Source of the DNA: Spirochaetia bacterium
GTDB lineage: Bacteria; Spirochaetota; Spirochaetia; SZUA-6; Bin103
Assembly (NCBI GenBank): GCA_965203515.1
Contig: OZ241907.1
Coordinates: forward strand, 480,001 to 544,000
Direction: 5' to 3'
DNA: 64,000 nucleotides
Below are positions 63,037-64,000 of the stretch, one piece after another. The translations under genes and the position numbers were made by a program. Below the pieces are notes generated by a model that saw only the letters and a program-made list of their open reading frames with translations, was not told the DNA's origin and searched no databases. Within the stretch, counting starts at the first letter, position 1, and every line of letters begins with the position of its first letter.

Positions 63037-63941
63037 CGCCGGGATCGTTTGGTGAGCTGCAGCCGCTCGCGCACGCGCTCGGGTCCGGCCACGGTCGCGC
63101 CCATCGCTTCGATGATCGTCACCGCCCGCTCCACAAGCTGCGCGTTGGTGGCCGGCACGCCCTTGCGGAGATAGAGGTTGTCCTCCAGCCCGACGCGCAC
63201 GTTGCCGCCGGCCAGCACGGCCGCCGCCACGTAGGGAAGCTGATGACGCCCCAGGGAGAAGGCGGAGAAGACCCAGTCATCCGGCACGTTGCCGACCATC
63301 GCCGTGAAGGTGTTGAGGTCGTCCGGCGCGCCCCAGGGGATGCCCATGCAGAGCTGGACCAGCACCGGGCCCGGCAGGAGCCCCTCGTCGACCAGGGACC
63401 TGGCGAGCCACAGGTGTCCGGTATCGAACGCCTCGATCTCCGCCTTGACGCCAAGCTCGGCGATCATGGCCGCCATGGCGCGCAGCATGGCGGGCGTATT
63501 GGTCATCACGTAGTCGGCTTCCGCGAAGTTCATGGTGCCGCAGTCCAGGGTGCATAGCTCCGGCAGGCACTCGCGGATCGGCGCCATCCGCTCGTCGGCG
63601 CTCGCCATGTCGGTGCCCGCCCGCGGCGGCAAGGGACGATCGGGGCCGCCGAACACCATGTCGCCGCCCATGCCGGTCGTCAGGTTGAGCACCACGTCGA
63701 CATCCGCGCCGCGGATCCGGTCGGTCACCTCGCGGTAATACTCGATCTTGCGGCTCGGCGCTCCGCTCTGTGGATCGCGCACGTGGCAGTGCGCGATCGC
63801 CGCGCCCGCCTTGGCGGCTTCGATGGCGCCGTCGGCGATCTGCTCAGGACTGCGGGGAACGTGCGGGCTGCGGTCCTGCGTGGCGCCGGCGCCGGTCACC
63901 GCCGCCGTGATGAAGACCTCCCGTGACATCGCAAGGGGCAT
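63033..63941 (-). CDS. Beta-keto acid cleavage enzyme (BKACE/DUF849), probable 3-dehydrocarnitine cleavage enzyme
   Basis: 'ITAAVTG', 'AHCHVRD', 'CTLDCGTMNF', 'GNVRVGLEDN'. Adjacent to carnitine dehydrogenase. Confidence 0.88.
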   Translation of the reverse strand: MPLAMSREVFITAAVTGAGATQDRSPHVPRSPEQIADGAIEAAKAGAAIAHCHVRDPQSGAPSRKIEYYREVTDRIRGADVDVVLNLTTGMGGDMVFGGPDRPLPPRAGTDMASADERMAPIRECLPELCTLDCGTMNFAEADYVMTNTPAMLRAMAAMIAELGVKAEIEAFDTGHLWLARSLVDEGLLPGPVLVQLCMGIPWGAPDDLNTFTAMVGNVPDDWVFSAFSLGRHQLPYVAAAVLAGGNVRVGLEDNLYLRKGVPATNAQLVERAVTIIEAMGATVAGPERVRERLQLTKRSRR

Positions 63942-64000
63942 GGCGTACCTCCCGGCCCGCGCTCCGCGTCAGCCGGCGGCGTGCGCGGCCGTGCGGGCCG

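Overview
Very GC-rich bacterial DNA. The solute-binding-protein N-termini (…LFATGEVEE, …VFGAGEEEG) resemble Spirochaetia, possibly a host-associated lineage; this is inference only. Bases 1-40 kb are mostly catabolic and transport genes. They include four ABC importers (three sugar-type, one peptide/nickel-type), many uncharacterised glycosidase-like proteins (beta-propeller, GHL10-like TIM barrel, BNR/sialidase, VPS10), NamZ, amidohydrolases, and a cysH-cysD-cysN(C) sulfate operon whose kinase domain is degenerate. A low-GC insert carries a RelE/HigB toxin fused in one ORF to its XRE antitoxin. Bases 40-57.3 kb form a decaying defence and mobility hotspot. A type IIG restriction-modification gene has its 3' end repeated three times, bracketing a truncated SIR2 (Dsr1-like) gene, an intact AbiE pair and collapsed duplicates. 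Next come a lipoprotein, a DUF222-like/HNH endonuclease with in-frame palindromic repeats (plus a second collapsed copy), and an IS66 nested in an IS21 nested in a higA antitoxin, with both target duplications intact. The window ends with a solo AAA ATPase, an MFS transporter and carnitine catabolism genes. No tRNA, rRNA or CRISPR array was recognised. All protein assignments come from motif recognition by eye, not database searches.
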